Shown: in pieces, positions 28,117-37,875 of the stretch
How positions within the stretch are numbered: position 1 is the stretch's first letter
Layout of the letters: each line of letters begins with the position of its first letter
DNA from: Candidatus Helarchaeota archaeon
GTDB taxonomy: Archaea > Asgardarchaeota > Lokiarchaeia > Helarchaeales > RDOG01
Assembly (NCBI GenBank): GCA_019058315.1
Contig: JAHPZH010000003.1
Span: forward strand, 204,351 to 268,350
Direction of reading: 5' to 3'
Length of the DNA: 64,000 bases
The notes under the pieces: generated by a model
Databases searched by the model: none
What the model was told of the DNA's origin: nothing
The model's input: only the letters and a program-made list of their open reading frames with translations
Program-made: the position numbers and the translations under genes

Positions 28117-29400
28117 TTATCCTTTAAGTTCAGAGATAAATTTTTCACAATTTGCACAATAAATTAGGAATTTTTTATAAAGAAATAGATAATCATCACA
28201 AAGTGGGCAAGTTCGTTCAAGAGGCTCCATTTCAGCCATCTTTAGTTGATCTTCTAAAGGATAGTTAGGATGAGATTTCAAATAATTATCAACTTTTTCA
28301 ATACTACAATTAATTTCTATATTATATTCATGCTTTGGGTCATTATACTGCTCTATATTGTCCGTACTTTCATCATATTCAACTTTTTCAATATTTTGAA
28401 CTTCTACCTCCTCATCTAAAGATTGTACATTTTTTTCTTGATTTATGATCTCATCAAGTTCTTCTAACACTAGATCTTGAACTTCTGTATAATCATTTAG
28501 TATTTTAATAAATTCAAGTACGAAATAAAATCCAGGTACTAAAATAAAAAACGATAATAATGAAATATTTCTCAAACTAAGTAAAATATTATGGGGAATA
28601 ACTAATAGTGATAAATAAAATAAAGGAATGCCCGGAATAAGTAGTCCTACACCAATTACTAGATATAGTATTGAAATTAATGGAAATTTAGTTGTTGGCG
28701 GAGATATTACGATTCTTTCTTGAGTTTGCCTATAAAAAACAAAACCAATTACTAAATTTATGAAAATTAGAGGAATATATGAATAAAGCATTAACGAATT
28801 AAAATAATTATATTCATCGTAAATAAAGACTGTAACAAACAAGTTTGAAAAAACTAATCCGATTATTCCCGCTGTTAAAGCACTAATACCAGTGCCTATA
28901 GATAGGATTCTATTCTTCATATACTTATTGTAAACAATAAATTGGATACCTAGTAGGAAAAAAAATAATCCAAAGAAATTAAATTGAATTTGCCAAAGAC
29001 GATTATTTAACATCAATGATAAAGGACTATTTTTATCTTGTAATAATTCCAGTAAAATGAGAATATGTTGTGGATTATTTCTGTAAAAAATTATATAGAA
29101 AAATATATAAGACACAGGATTTACAGTAGGTGCAACTAATTGATAAAAAAAGATGAAAACAAATAATAATCCTGATGTTATTGTCATTACAAATACAAAT
29201 AAGGAAAGAATTTTCCCTTTTTCTTTATAAAATTGAAGAAAATAATCCCCCATTAGAATGATGCCTACACCAATTAGCAAAAAAATCCATGAATTTTGAT
29301 AAATTGAATAGTAAGAATCGATAAAGAATAATAAACTTAAGGAAAGGATTATACTGCCTAAGAGACTTATTTTTGGGTGATATTCCTCAAATTCTTCCAA
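28117..29400 (-). CDS. Multi-pass membrane protein with acidic linker and C-terminal zinc ribbon
   Basis: About 8-9 hydrophobic segments, E/D-rich linker, CPLC...CANC. Confidence 0.72.
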   Translation of the reverse strand: MEEFEEYHPKISLLGSIILSLSLLFFIDSYYSIYQNSWIFLLIGVGIILMGDYFLQFYKEKGKILSLFVFVMTITSGLLFVFIFFYQLVAPTVNPVSYIFFYIIFYRNNPQHILILLELLQDKNSPLSLMLNNRLWQIQFNFFGLFFFLLGIQFIVYNKYMKNRILSIGTGISALTAGIIGLVFSNLFVTVFIYDEYNYFNSLMLYSYIPLIFINLVIGFVFYRQTQERIVISPPTTKFPLISILYLVIGVGLLIPGIPLFYLSLLVIPHNILLSLRNISLLSFFILVPGFYFVLEFIKILNDYTEVQDLVLEELDEIINQEKNVQSLDEEVEVQNIEKVEYDESTDNIEQYNDPKHEYNIEINCSIEKVDNYLKSHPNYPLEDQLKMAEMEPLERTCPLCDDYLFLYKKFLIYCANCEKFISELKG

Positions 29401-29563
29401 TTTTTTTACTCCAGATCTAATATTTTATTAAAATTCAATTAATACAGTCATATATTTTAACAATTAAATAGTTAATATTTCCTCCAAATAACTCCATTAT
29501 TGGAACTTGTTAAAATAATTTTTCTTTTAATTTGGATATTTCAATGAAGATCTAGTGAGGGGA

Positions 29564-29581
29564 ATGTTATCATGATAACAT
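29564..29581. promoter_or_regulatory. Perfect 18-bp palindrome ATGTTATCATGATAACAT upstream of the GTPase gene pair
   Basis: Exactly self-complementary; ends 85 bp before ATG 29666, in a divergent intergenic region. Confidence 0.7.
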
Positions 29582-29665
29582 CACCATATTCTTTTGATTT
29601 ATAGCATAATTCGTTTCCTAGTGTCATTAAAAGTACATACTCGATAATATCGGGGTGAAAATATA

Positions 29666-30181
29666 ATGGCACAAGCAAAGGTCGCTGCAAAAATTGCTTT
29701 TGTAGGTTTTCCGAGGGTTGGCAAATCTACACTATTAAAAATGGTACAAGGATATAAACCACCTTTAGATTATAAGCCAACCATTGGTTTAGACATTGGT
29801 TCAACTAGACTTTGTGAAAATGTAAATGGGGTTATATGGGATATTGGAGGACAAAAAAACTTTCAACCATTATGGGATTCTTTTCTGAAAGGTGCTAATT
29901 TAATTGTGACAGTCACAGATTCAACTCCAAAAAATGTCCTGCAAACAAAACAAATGCTAAATATATTAGCAAGGAAACAAAATACCAGAATAATAGCTAT
30001 TGCAAATAAGCAAGATATGGATGGACATATGTCTGCTGAACGAGTTGAAAATATTTTACAGGTCCCCACTTATCCTATGGTAGCAATAGAGGAAAAAAAT
30101 AAAGATAATTTTCATTTGTTTATTATCGAAGAATTGATTAAAGCTACCGAACCAGAAGAAGGAGATAATGATGGAAATTAA
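29666..30181 (+). CDS. Arf-like small GTPase (Ras superfamily)
   Basis: G1 GFPRVGKST, G2 PTIG, G3 WDIGGQ, G4 NKQD. Confidence 0.93.
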   Translation: MAQAKVAAKIAFVGFPRVGKSTLLKMVQGYKPPLDYKPTIGLDIGSTRLCENVNGVIWDIGGQKNFQPLWDSFLKGANLIVTVTDSTPKNVLQTKQMLNILARKQNTRIIAIANKQDMDGHMSAERVENILQVPTYPMVAIEEKNKDNFHLFIIEELIKATEPEEGDNDGN

Positions 30182-30677
30182 ACAGGATGATATACAATCA
30201 ATAGCTGTTATTGGTTTTGATGAAATTACGGGACCAGTCTTAAAATGGAAAAAAGATTTCATCAGTTCAAATGTTCAAGTAGAGCAATTTCTAACTAGTT
30301 TTTATATTATGTTCAATAATGGATCTAATTTCATGCCTAAAGCAATACAATACGATAATTTTTCAGTAATTACGATCTTTAAAGAAATGGATTTGACCTG
30401 TTTCTTTTTAAAAAATAAAGATCTGTTGGATGCCGCAAATCTAGAGCAATTAGAACAGCAATATATTCCAAAGCTTAAGAAACAAGTACGAGAAAAAACA
30501 ATAAAAGAGGAAATGGTCGGATTACTAGAAAATGAAGAAATGACTGTTAAAGAAATTAAAAAACATTTTAAATTTAATGCAAATACAGTTAGAAAATATC
30601 TTAGAGCACTTGAAGAAGAAGGAAAACTTAAACGAATCGGTACAGAAGGAAGAGCCATAATCTGGGGCGCTTCTTAA
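30168..30677 (+). CDS. Longin/uDENN-like domain fused to a C-terminal winged HTH
   Basis: IAVIGFDEITGPVL (FDxxxGP hairpin typical of uDENN/longin); C-terminal MTVKEIKKHFKFNANTVRKYLRALEEEGKLKRIG; overlaps the GTPase stop. Confidence 0.72.
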   Translation: MMEIKQDDIQSIAVIGFDEITGPVLKWKKDFISSNVQVEQFLTSFYIMFNNGSNFMPKAIQYDNFSVITIFKEMDLTCFFLKNKDLLDAANLEQLEQQYIPKLKKQVREKTIKEEMVGLLENEEMTVKEIKKHFKFNANTVRKYLRALEEEGKLKRIGTEGRAIIWGAS

Positions 30678-30898
30678 AATAATTTATCATTCCATTTTTT
30701 TTATTTATTCATTTTTAAAATATTAACTTAATATTTAGCCAATTTTAAAAACCTACGAATAAAAGGCTTATAATGAAGTTTTTTTAAGATATTATACCAT
30801 TAAAATTAATAAATTATCCATAAAACAATTAATGCCAATATAAAAAAATATAAAATAAAGTTTTTAATAACTAATATTAAGAAATTGTAGGGATAACA

Positions 30899-31732
30899 AT
30901 GTCAGATATAACCTTATTAACAATAGAAAAGCATGCAAAAATTTGTAAAAAATATCCTTTTAGCAGACGGACTGGACGAATTTTCAAAGAAAAGCTTCTT
31001 GATAGTATGGTTTGGGTAACTCAAGAGGGAATTTCTATTTCTGATAAAGAATTTCAATACCCAATAAAAATACTATTTGACGAAATAAATTATATTAAAG
31101 AAATAGAAATGGATTGTAAAGCAGTTTATATTAATTATGCTAATAGTGAAATTATATATTTTTTATTTTTAAGTTCTTTTGGTTGGCAGGAAGAGAAACA
31201 TAATGAATTTTTTGAACTTCTTCAAGAGCTATTAGATCAACAGCAAGAACTCCGTATAGATAAATTAAGGGCTAATATTCTTGAATATATTTCACCTTAT
31301 GATGAAATAACTTTTGGAACTATTGCTGACCACTTCAAATTGAGTTTTGAAGTTGTTCAAAATGAAATTAAAAAAATGATTGAAAATAAAAAACTTAAAG
31401 GAAAATTGTGTCTGGATAAAATTATCCTTAGAGAACCACTCAAAGAAGCATTTAAAATAAATCTTTTTGATTATATAAAACCTTATGATGAAGTGACATT
31501 TGAAAGTCTGTCAAAACATTTCAAATTAGATAAGGATTTTATTGAAAATGAAATAAAGAGAATGCTAAAAGATGGAAAGCTACAAGGTAGTTTATGCTCA
31601 GATAAAATTATTTTGAGAGAAAGAACTCCAAAATTAACATTATTAAAATGTCCAAATTGTAATGCTCCTTTAGAATCTAAACCGCCTTGTAAATGTGATC
31701 ATTGTGGAGTCTTAATTGAAATTTCCCTATAA
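30899..31732 (+). CDS. Protein with PH-like N-terminus, two PCI-like winged-helix repeats and C-terminal zinc ribbon
   Basis: YISPYDEITFGTIADHFKL..EIKKMIENKKLKGKL repeated twice; CPNCNAPLESKPPCKCDHC. Confidence 0.7.
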   Translation: MSDITLLTIEKHAKICKKYPFSRRTGRIFKEKLLDSMVWVTQEGISISDKEFQYPIKILFDEINYIKEIEMDCKAVYINYANSEIIYFLFLSSFGWQEEKHNEFFELLQELLDQQQELRIDKLRANILEYISPYDEITFGTIADHFKLSFEVVQNEIKKMIENKKLKGKLCLDKIILREPLKEAFKINLFDYIKPYDEVTFESLSKHFKLDKDFIENEIKRMLKDGKLQGSLCSDKIILRERTPKLTLLKCPNCNAPLESKPPCKCDHCGVLIEISL

Positions 31733-31743
31733 AATCTTTTAAA

Positions 31744-31764
31744 TTTAGAAAACCCTTTTCTAAA
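31744..31764 (+). terminator. 9-bp perfect stem-loop just after the stop of 30899..31732
   Basis: tttagaaaa-ccc-ttttctaaa; AT-rich and weak, could instead be a protein-binding site. Confidence 0.35.
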
Positions 31765-31968
31765 GATAATAAAATATAAGATATAAGAGTAATTATCTTT
31801 ACAGTTTAGGTGTATAAAATCAATATAATTAAAGAGCTAACTGTAAAAAAAAGACTTAGTTGAAATAAAGAAATATTATTTTGAATTAAATGAAAATTAT
31901 TTAAAAATAATCAAATTATTTAGACTTGAATTTAAATTGATCTGTATATAGATTTAGGAGACTTCTAT

Positions 31969-33159
31969 TTGGGCGATATAGTTGAAAAACATTTGACAGG
32001 AGATAGTGTTTTTAAAGAAGAATCTACACTATTTCGTGAATATGTCCCAGATAAATTACCTCGCAGAGAAAAAGAGATTGCACGTTTAACTCGTGATTTT
32101 AAACCGCTAACTAGTAAAAAAGGTGCTTTCTCAGTTAATGTAGCCATAATAGGCAATGCTGGAATAGGAAAAACATCAATTGCAAAATATTTCATGGAAA
32201 GATTTCCTAAATCGGCCGAAAAAGTAGGTAAAAAAGTATATTGTGTTTATTATAATTGTTATACATATCGTACGAAGAGTTCGATTTTAAGACATTTACT
32301 AAATAAATATTTTAATGTATTTTCTACTCGTGGTTTTTCGGATAATGAGTTACTCTCTGATTTAATGAAGAGTCTGAACAAACAAGATTCTCACCTCATT
32401 TTAATTCTGGATGAAGCTAATGTTTTAGGGGGTGAAGATATTTTAAGCTTTATTTACATTCCAGAAGCTTTTGAATTTGGACAATCCAGAATTTCAACAA
32501 TTTTAATATCAAGATTAACAGAATTCAATTCGTTACTAAATGTTCAATTAAGTGAACGAATTCATGATAAAATCCAATTATCAGGATATAATGAAGACGA
32601 TTTACGAGAAATTTTAGGCTATAGAGCAGAATTAGCGTTTAAAAATAATGTAGTATCCACCGATGTTTTTGATCAAGTAGTTTCAATAGCTGCTAATACT
32701 CAAAATGCCCGTCATGGCATTGAAATCTTTTATCATGCAGGTAAAATCGCTGATCAAGAAGAGCTTTCTTATATCACTCCAGAAATGGTAAGAAAAGCAA
32801 AAGCATATGTTTATCCTGAGTTGCGTTCCAGTGTATTAGAAGAATTAAAAGAACAAGAATTATTTGTTTCAATTGCTATTGCTCGTCATTTGAAAAAGGA
32901 TAATATTGCCCATACAAGCATAGATGAAGTTTATGAATTTTATAAGATCGTCTGTGAAGAAAATGGAGAAACACCTCAAGCAAAAGTTACATTTCGTCGT
33001 CATATAGATGTATTAGCCAAAACGGGGATAATTTATAAAGTGGTTGAGCCAGTTGGGGGAGGAAAACGTGGAAGAAGATCAATTATAACACTTCAAGATA
33101 TCCCCGCAGAAGTATTAGAAGAAAAATGTACTAATATATTAGAAAAAAATGAAAAATAG
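31969..33159 (+). CDS. cdc6: Orc1/Cdc6 replication initiation protein
   Basis: YVPDKLPRRE, Walker A GNAGIGKT, Walker B ILDEAN, C-terminal wHTH with GGKRGRRS. Confidence 0.95.
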   Translation: MGDIVEKHLTGDSVFKEESTLFREYVPDKLPRREKEIARLTRDFKPLTSKKGAFSVNVAIIGNAGIGKTSIAKYFMERFPKSAEKVGKKVYCVYYNCYTYRTKSSILRHLLNKYFNVFSTRGFSDNELLSDLMKSLNKQDSHLILILDEANVLGGEDILSFIYIPEAFEFGQSRISTILISRLTEFNSLLNVQLSERIHDKIQLSGYNEDDLREILGYRAELAFKNNVVSTDVFDQVVSIAANTQNARHGIEIFYHAGKIADQEELSYITPEMVRKAKAYVYPELRSSVLEELKEQELFVSIAIARHLKKDNIAHTSIDEVYEFYKIVCEENGETPQAKVTFRRHIDVLAKTGIIYKVVEPVGGGKRGRRSIITLQDIPAEVLEEKCTNILEKNEK

Positions 33160-33160
33160 A

Positions 33161-34105
33161 TTATAGAGATACATCTAAATTTAATTCTGTGCAAATTTCT
33201 TTATATCTATTTCTTACAGTCACTTCTGTGACACGTGCTACTTTTGCCACCTTTGTTTGCGTTTTTTTCTCATTCATTATGACGCTGGCAATATAAACGG
33301 CTGCTGCTGCTACGCCACAAGGTCCTCTACCAGATGTTAATCCGAAATCAGTTGCTTTTTTTAAGATTTCAATAGCTTTTAGTTGCACTTTAGTGGAAAG
33401 TTCTAAATCTTGGGAAATGCGAGAAATATAATCTACGGGATCAACATTTGGAATTTGGATATTTAACTTATTAATTATAAATCTATAGCTTCTACCAATT
33501 TCTTTTTTACTCGCTTTGGCGATTTCGGCTATCTCGTCCAAAGTTCTGGGCGTTCTACATTGTCTTAGAGCGGCATATAAGGCTGCAGATGCGACTTCTT
33601 CAATTGATCGACCACGCACTAAACGTTTTTCCACAGCTTTTCTATAAATAAATGCTGCTACTTCTTTTACGTTTTTTGGTATCCCTAAATGTGATGACAT
33701 ACGGTCTAATTCTGAAAAAGCAAGCGCTAAATTACGTTCTGTGGCATCAGATACACGCATACGTCTGTTCCACTTTCTTAAACGGTATATTTGAGCTCTA
33801 TTTTTTCCTCTTAAATTTTTACCTGCATAATCTTGATTTCGCCAATCGATCATAGTACTAAGACCTTTATCGTGGATCGTATAAGTCATCGGCGCACCAA
33901 CCCTTACGCGTTTTTCTTTTTGTTCAAAATCAAATGCACGCCATTCTGGTCCGTGATCCATTAGTTTGCTTTCAATTACTAAGCCACATTGGCTGCAAAT
34001 TAGTTCTCCCCTCTCACTATCTTTTAGGATATGGGAGTTTCCGCATTCACTACATTTAGCATTAAATTCATTATTAAAATGATGGGTAACTCTTTGTAAA
34101 TCCAT
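33161..34105 (-). CDS. tfb: Transcription initiation factor IIB
   Basis: Zn ribbon [41 protein letters not shown]. Confidence 0.98.
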   Translation of the reverse strand: MDLQRVTHHFNNEFNAKCSECGNSHILKDSERGELICSQCGLVIESKLMDHGPEWRAFDFEQKEKRVRVGAPMTYTIHDKGLSTMIDWRNQDYAGKNLRGKNRAQIYRLRKWNRRMRVSDATERNLALAFSELDRMSSHLGIPKNVKEVAAFIYRKAVEKRLVRGRSIEEVASAALYAALRQCRTPRTLDEIAEIAKASKKEIGRSYRFIINKLNIQIPNVDPVDYISRISQDLELSTKVQLKAIEILKKATDFGLTSGRGPCGVAAAAVYIASVIMNEKKTQTKVAKVARVTEVTVRNRYKEICTELNLDVSL

Positions 34106-34120
34106 TTTTAATATTCTCCC

Positions 34121-34384
34121 TTATTGTTTTTTCTTAAAATTTTTCCCTTTCTTTTTAATATAGAGATTTTCTCCAATTAAATTAGAGTAATTTTGATTTT
34201 TGTTTAGAGGTTTAATTAATATATAGGGTTTATTTACAGACCCTATGATATCATAAACATAACCAATTTTTTTCTTTTTTTCGTCGGAAACAATATTTCT
34301 TTTGCCTATCTTTGGAATAAAGTAAGATTTAACAACAATATTCATTTGTGATGAAATATGAATGACTGTGCCTAACTTATTCAA
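34121..34384 (-). CDS. gar1: H/ACA RNP subunit Gar1/Naf1
   Basis: LGTVIHIS...KIGYVYDIIGSVNKPYILIKP; lies next to tfb; start moved to TTG 34384 after GGGGA. Confidence 0.85.
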   Translation of the reverse strand: MNKLGTVIHISSQMNIVVKSYFIPKIGKRNIVSDEKKKKIGYVYDIIGSVNKPYILIKPLNKNQNYSNLIGENLYIKKKGKNFKKKQ

Positions 34385-34527
34385 AGCGGATAAATCCCCG
34401 ACAAAATTATACTGTAAGGAATTATGGATCAGAATCACATTAATAAATATTTTGGTAATAAACAAATTTGCAAACATAAGAATTTTGATAATATCAAACA
34501 ATTGGCTTAGATATAACGATTATACGC

Positions 34528-34812
34528 TTATTTTTTCAATTTTTTTAAATGTTTAGTTAATTTTATTAGAATTTTACCTTTTTTCTCTGATGGATTTAAT
34601 ATTGACAATCTGCCAGGGCTCCACCAGCATTTTGGATAAGCTTTACCAATTTCTATTTCAAACTTATATCCTAAAGCGCCAGCAGACTTTGCCATCATTT
34701 CTAAGGATGGCGATTTTATAGCTAATTTCTTACTTACCCTTCTTCCCTCGTTTCTCGTCTTTTCTGCATCAAAATATGCTGGATAAAAATACAGTTTATT
34801 TCTTTTCTTCAT
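34528..34812 (-). CDS. srp19: Signal recognition particle protein SRP19
   Basis: YPAYFDAEKTRNEGRRVSKKLA..P; KAYPKCWW..GR. Confidence 0.95.
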   Translation of the reverse strand: MKKRNKLYFYPAYFDAEKTRNEGRRVSKKLAIKSPSLEMMAKSAGALGYKFEIEIGKAYPKCWWSPGRLSILNPSEKKGKILIKLTKHLKKLKK

Positions 34813-34980
34813 GGGATTATATAATTGTCTTTCCCTTATTAAAGTATGCAGATATGCTTTATTTCAATTTAAGGAACTTTAAAAAAGTAATTTTCTTTAT
34901 GTTTGCTTAATAAAAAAATTAGAATTTTATGATAATTAATCAAAATACGAAATTTAAAATTTTTAAATGAGGTCAATCAA

Positions 34981-35361
34981 GTGCATGAATTTGCGACAGC
35001 TCAGAAAATTGTAAGAACTGTAGTTTCTGTTGCAATGCGTAATAATGCAAAAGTTATTAACGAAATATTATTGGAATTGGGAGAATTAACATTTGTAAAC
35101 CCCGATCAATTGAAATTTGTTTTTAAAATTGCAGCAGATAAATCAATTGCTAAAGATGCAATATTGAATATTGTTAGTAAACCTGGAGAAATAAAATGCA
35201 AAGATTGCGGCTACGAAGGAGGATTAAAATATGAAGAAGATCGTCCTGAATTTCACTCAATGGCTGTTTTATTTACTCTTGATTGTCCAAAATGTAAAAG
35301 TAAAAATACTGAAATAATTGGTGGTCGTGAATTGACCATTAAAAATATAAAAGTAGTTTAA
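34981..35361 (+). CDS. hypA: Hydrogenase maturation nickel metallochaperone HypA
   Basis: MHE N-terminus, GEL..V.PDQLKF, CxxC...CPxC, GRELTIKNI. Confidence 0.95.
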   Translation: MHEFATAQKIVRTVVSVAMRNNAKVINEILLELGELTFVNPDQLKFVFKIAADKSIAKDAILNIVSKPGEIKCKDCGYEGGLKYEEDRPEFHSMAVLFTLDCPKCKSKNTEIIGGRELTIKNIKVV

Positions 35362-35363
35362 AA

Positions 35364-35750
35364 TTATTCTTCTTTTACCAATACAGCATTTAATTGTCCT
35401 TGTTGACCTGGTCTACTAGTTATTCTTGCCGGACCCAATTCGGTTTCAATAATTGTACCTTTTGTGATTATCTTTCTCCTATCATATTCTTTATTTGCAG
35501 GATTTTCTAAAACAGAAACAATTGGAACTTTACCTTTAGTCTGACCCTTAAAGTCAGTTAAATTAACGAATTCAGCTTGTAATAATTTCCTTTTTGTATT
35601 ACCACCTAAAGTTCTTACTTTTTTAGTTTTTTTTGGACCAAGCAAAGTTTCAATAGGAGGATTGCCTGCTTCGAAACTTCTTTTTTTCCTAAATGACTTG
35701 TATCTTCCGCCTGTGCCTTTCCTATTTGATCTACCTTGATAATTCACCAA
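35364..35750 (-). CDS. rps8e: 30S ribosomal protein S8e
   Basis: RKGTGGR, RTLGGNTK, IITKGTIIET..G.ARITSRPGQQG.LNAVL. Confidence 0.97.
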   Translation of the reverse strand: MVNYQGRSNRKGTGGRYKSFRKKRSFEAGNPPIETLLGPKKTKKVRTLGGNTKRKLLQAEFVNLTDFKGQTKGKVPIVSVLENPANKEYDRRKIITKGTIIETELGPARITSRPGQQGQLNAVLVKEE

Positions 35751-36030
35751 TTTTTGATTCTTCCATAAAGAATTTGTGTTTATAAAATAAAGAACTGCAC
35801 TTTTAATTTAAATTTTACTTTTAAAAACCATAAAAAAGACAATTATGATTTTGGAATAAATTTCTTTTTGCATACACAAAATTTTTATATAACAATATAT
35901 CCTTTACTCCTTTAAGTCATGAGGTCTTAATAGATGATAAAAAGGATGTCGTTAAATTGGGGCAACGGTAAAAATAAAGAAAAAGAAGAGGTCAGAACTC
36001 TTCACATTAATACGCGAAAGCATTGTTGTT

Positions 36031-36585
36031 TTGTCCTTGTGTGCCCTAGGTGAAATGCTAACTGGCACCTTTCTCGAATTTGGGATAACTTACTTACCAG
36101 GTTTGTTAATCTTAGTCCCAGCAATCCTACAAATGCGGGGTATGATATCAGGTTCTTTCTCATCAAGAATTTCTACAGCATTACATATCGGAACTATTGA
36201 GCCGCAATTGAGGAATAATACTAAAACATTTTATCAAAATATTTATGCAATTCTTATCCTATCAATATTCACACCTATTCTAGCTGCAGCAATCTCTTCC
36301 CTCGTGAGTGAACTTTTAAATGTAAATAATATTGGTTTTTTGGCCTACTTATTTATCGCATTTATCGCGGGTCTAATTTCAGGTCTGATTCAACTTTTTA
36401 TAAGCATATTAAGTGGTATTATTGTTTTTAATCGTGGTCTTGATCCAGATATTATCGTTTTTCCCTTATTGTCAGTTATAGGGGATATTCTTTCAGTTTT
36501 TTCTCTAATTGTGACTACAGATTTGTTTATTTCTTTACAAGGACCAGCATATATTTTATTGGGATGGTTGGAGGGATTATTGTAA
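36031..36585 (+). CDS. MgtE-type divalent cation transporter membrane domain (split gene, part 1)
   Basis: PAILQMRGMISGSFSSRISTALHIG; GLDPDI..P..SVIGD; frame is open upstream to ~35956, so the start is uncertain. Confidence 0.85.
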   Translation: MSLCALGEMLTGTFLEFGITYLPGLLILVPAILQMRGMISGSFSSRISTALHIGTIEPQLRNNTKTFYQNIYAILILSIFTPILAAAISSLVSELLNVNNIGFLAYLFIAFIAGLISGLIQLFISILSGIIVFNRGLDPDIIVFPLLSVIGDILSVFSLIVTTDLFISLQGPAYILLGWLEGLL

Positions 36586-37130
36586 TGGTGAAATCAGAAT
36601 TTTTTAAAATATTACAGGAGAATTCGCCTATCATAATTTTTTGCCTCTGTATTGGAATATTATCAGGTTATTTTTTAAATTCTTCATCAAGTGATGGCTT
36701 CGGTATCTTATTGATTGCTCCAGCTATAATGGCTACAACTGGTAATATTGGATCAATTTTTGGCTCACAACTAACAACTGCTCTCCATTCAGGGATTATA
36801 GGAGCAAAATTTAAAAACATTAAGATTTTATTCACTAAAATTTTAGGGATGATTATTTTAAGTCTATTAATGTCCATTTTAATTGGGTTTTGTGCTTATA
36901 TTATTTCATTAATCATAAAAATACAAGGAAGGGAATTATTTCATTTCTTATTACTTACTTTTTTCTCAGGATTAATTACTTCCTCGCTGATGATATTAAT
37001 ATCGATTTTTGTGTCTTATGTTACATTTTCTAGAGGGCTTGACCCAGATAACTTTGTAACACCTTTAGTTTCAACGCTTTCGGATTTTATAAGTGTATTA
37101 ATACTAATTATTGTCGATTTAATTATATGA
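36585..37130 (+). CDS. MgtE-type divalent cation transporter membrane domain (split gene, part 2)
   Basis: PAIMATTGNIGSIFGSQLTTALHSG; GLDPDNFVTPLVSTLSD; TAATG overlap with part 1. Confidence 0.87.
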   Translation: MVKSEFFKILQENSPIIIFCLCIGILSGYFLNSSSSDGFGILLIAPAIMATTGNIGSIFGSQLTTALHSGIIGAKFKNIKILFTKILGMIILSLLMSILIGFCAYIISLIIKIQGRELFHFLLLTFFSGLITSSLMILISIFVSYVTFSRGLDPDNFVTPLVSTLSDFISVLILIIVDLII

Positions 37131-37175
37131 TATTCAAAAAATAGGTGGGTTATTTATAATAATTTGAAAAAATTT

Positions 37176-37535
37176 TTATAATTTATCAAGAATTACCCGT
37201 AAATTTCGCAATATTAATCCAACGGAGCTTGCAGCGTCTGCTCCAGTAAGAACTATTAGTATTACATCATCTGAAGCTACTAAAACACAATATCCTTCGA
37301 TAGCTTTGAGACTTAATTCAGTTACATTACCTTTTTCAATTGAACCACCTAATTGTGATGAACTATCTACTGTAGCTATTGCATTTTTTGCAATTCCTTC
37401 ATGATCCATGTCTGTTATTGTTTGTGCTACAATCACTTTTTTCTTTTTTCTGTCAACTGCTGCTATTCCTTCAACTTCAGGCACGGAATCCATTAATTGA
37501 GCCAATTGTGGTTCGATATCCTCTTTTTTTACCAT
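37176..37535 (-). CDS. Roadblock/LC7 domain protein
   Basis: LMDSVPEVEGIAAVD...G.IEKGNV.E......G....V...GLILRNLR. Confidence 0.85.
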   Translation of the reverse strand: MVKKEDIEPQLAQLMDSVPEVEGIAAVDRKKKKVIVAQTITDMDHEGIAKNAIATVDSSSQLGGSIEKGNVTELSLKAIEGYCVLVASDDVILIVLTGADAASSVGLILRNLRVILDKL

Positions 37536-37566
37536 AGCATTTCACCTCTAATCCATTAAACCTTTC

Positions 37567-37875
37567 TTAAAAAATCTTGACTCCTTTTTCTTTTAATACT
37601 ATAAGGATATATTCTTCTTCAGGGGCTATTAATACTTCACCAAACATTGTTGTTATTGTAAGGAAACTCATTGCTCCTTCCTCTTCCAATTCTGAGACGA
37701 CATTTCGAGCTTTCCCTACAAGACTGGTAATATGTGCAGCAATTTTTTCAGTTTTTTCAGTTTCATAAGTTGTACTAATTGGGAGTCCCTCAGTTGTTGT
37801 AACAATAACTCCTTTTACCCCTTCAAAACGTTTTAATTTTTTCAACGTTTCATCAAAAATTTTACGTCCAATCAA
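37567..37875 (-). CDS. Roadblock/LC7 protein resembling dynein light chain roadblock (DYNLRB)
   Basis: [30 protein letters not shown]...[15 protein letters not shown] aligns without gaps to the remembered human DYNLRB1 sequence. Confidence 0.9.
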   Translation of the reverse strand: MIGRKIFDETLKKLKRFEGVKGVIVTTTEGLPISTTYETEKTEKIAAHITSLVGKARNVVSELEEEGAMSFLTITTMFGEVLIAPEEEYILIVLKEKGVKIF

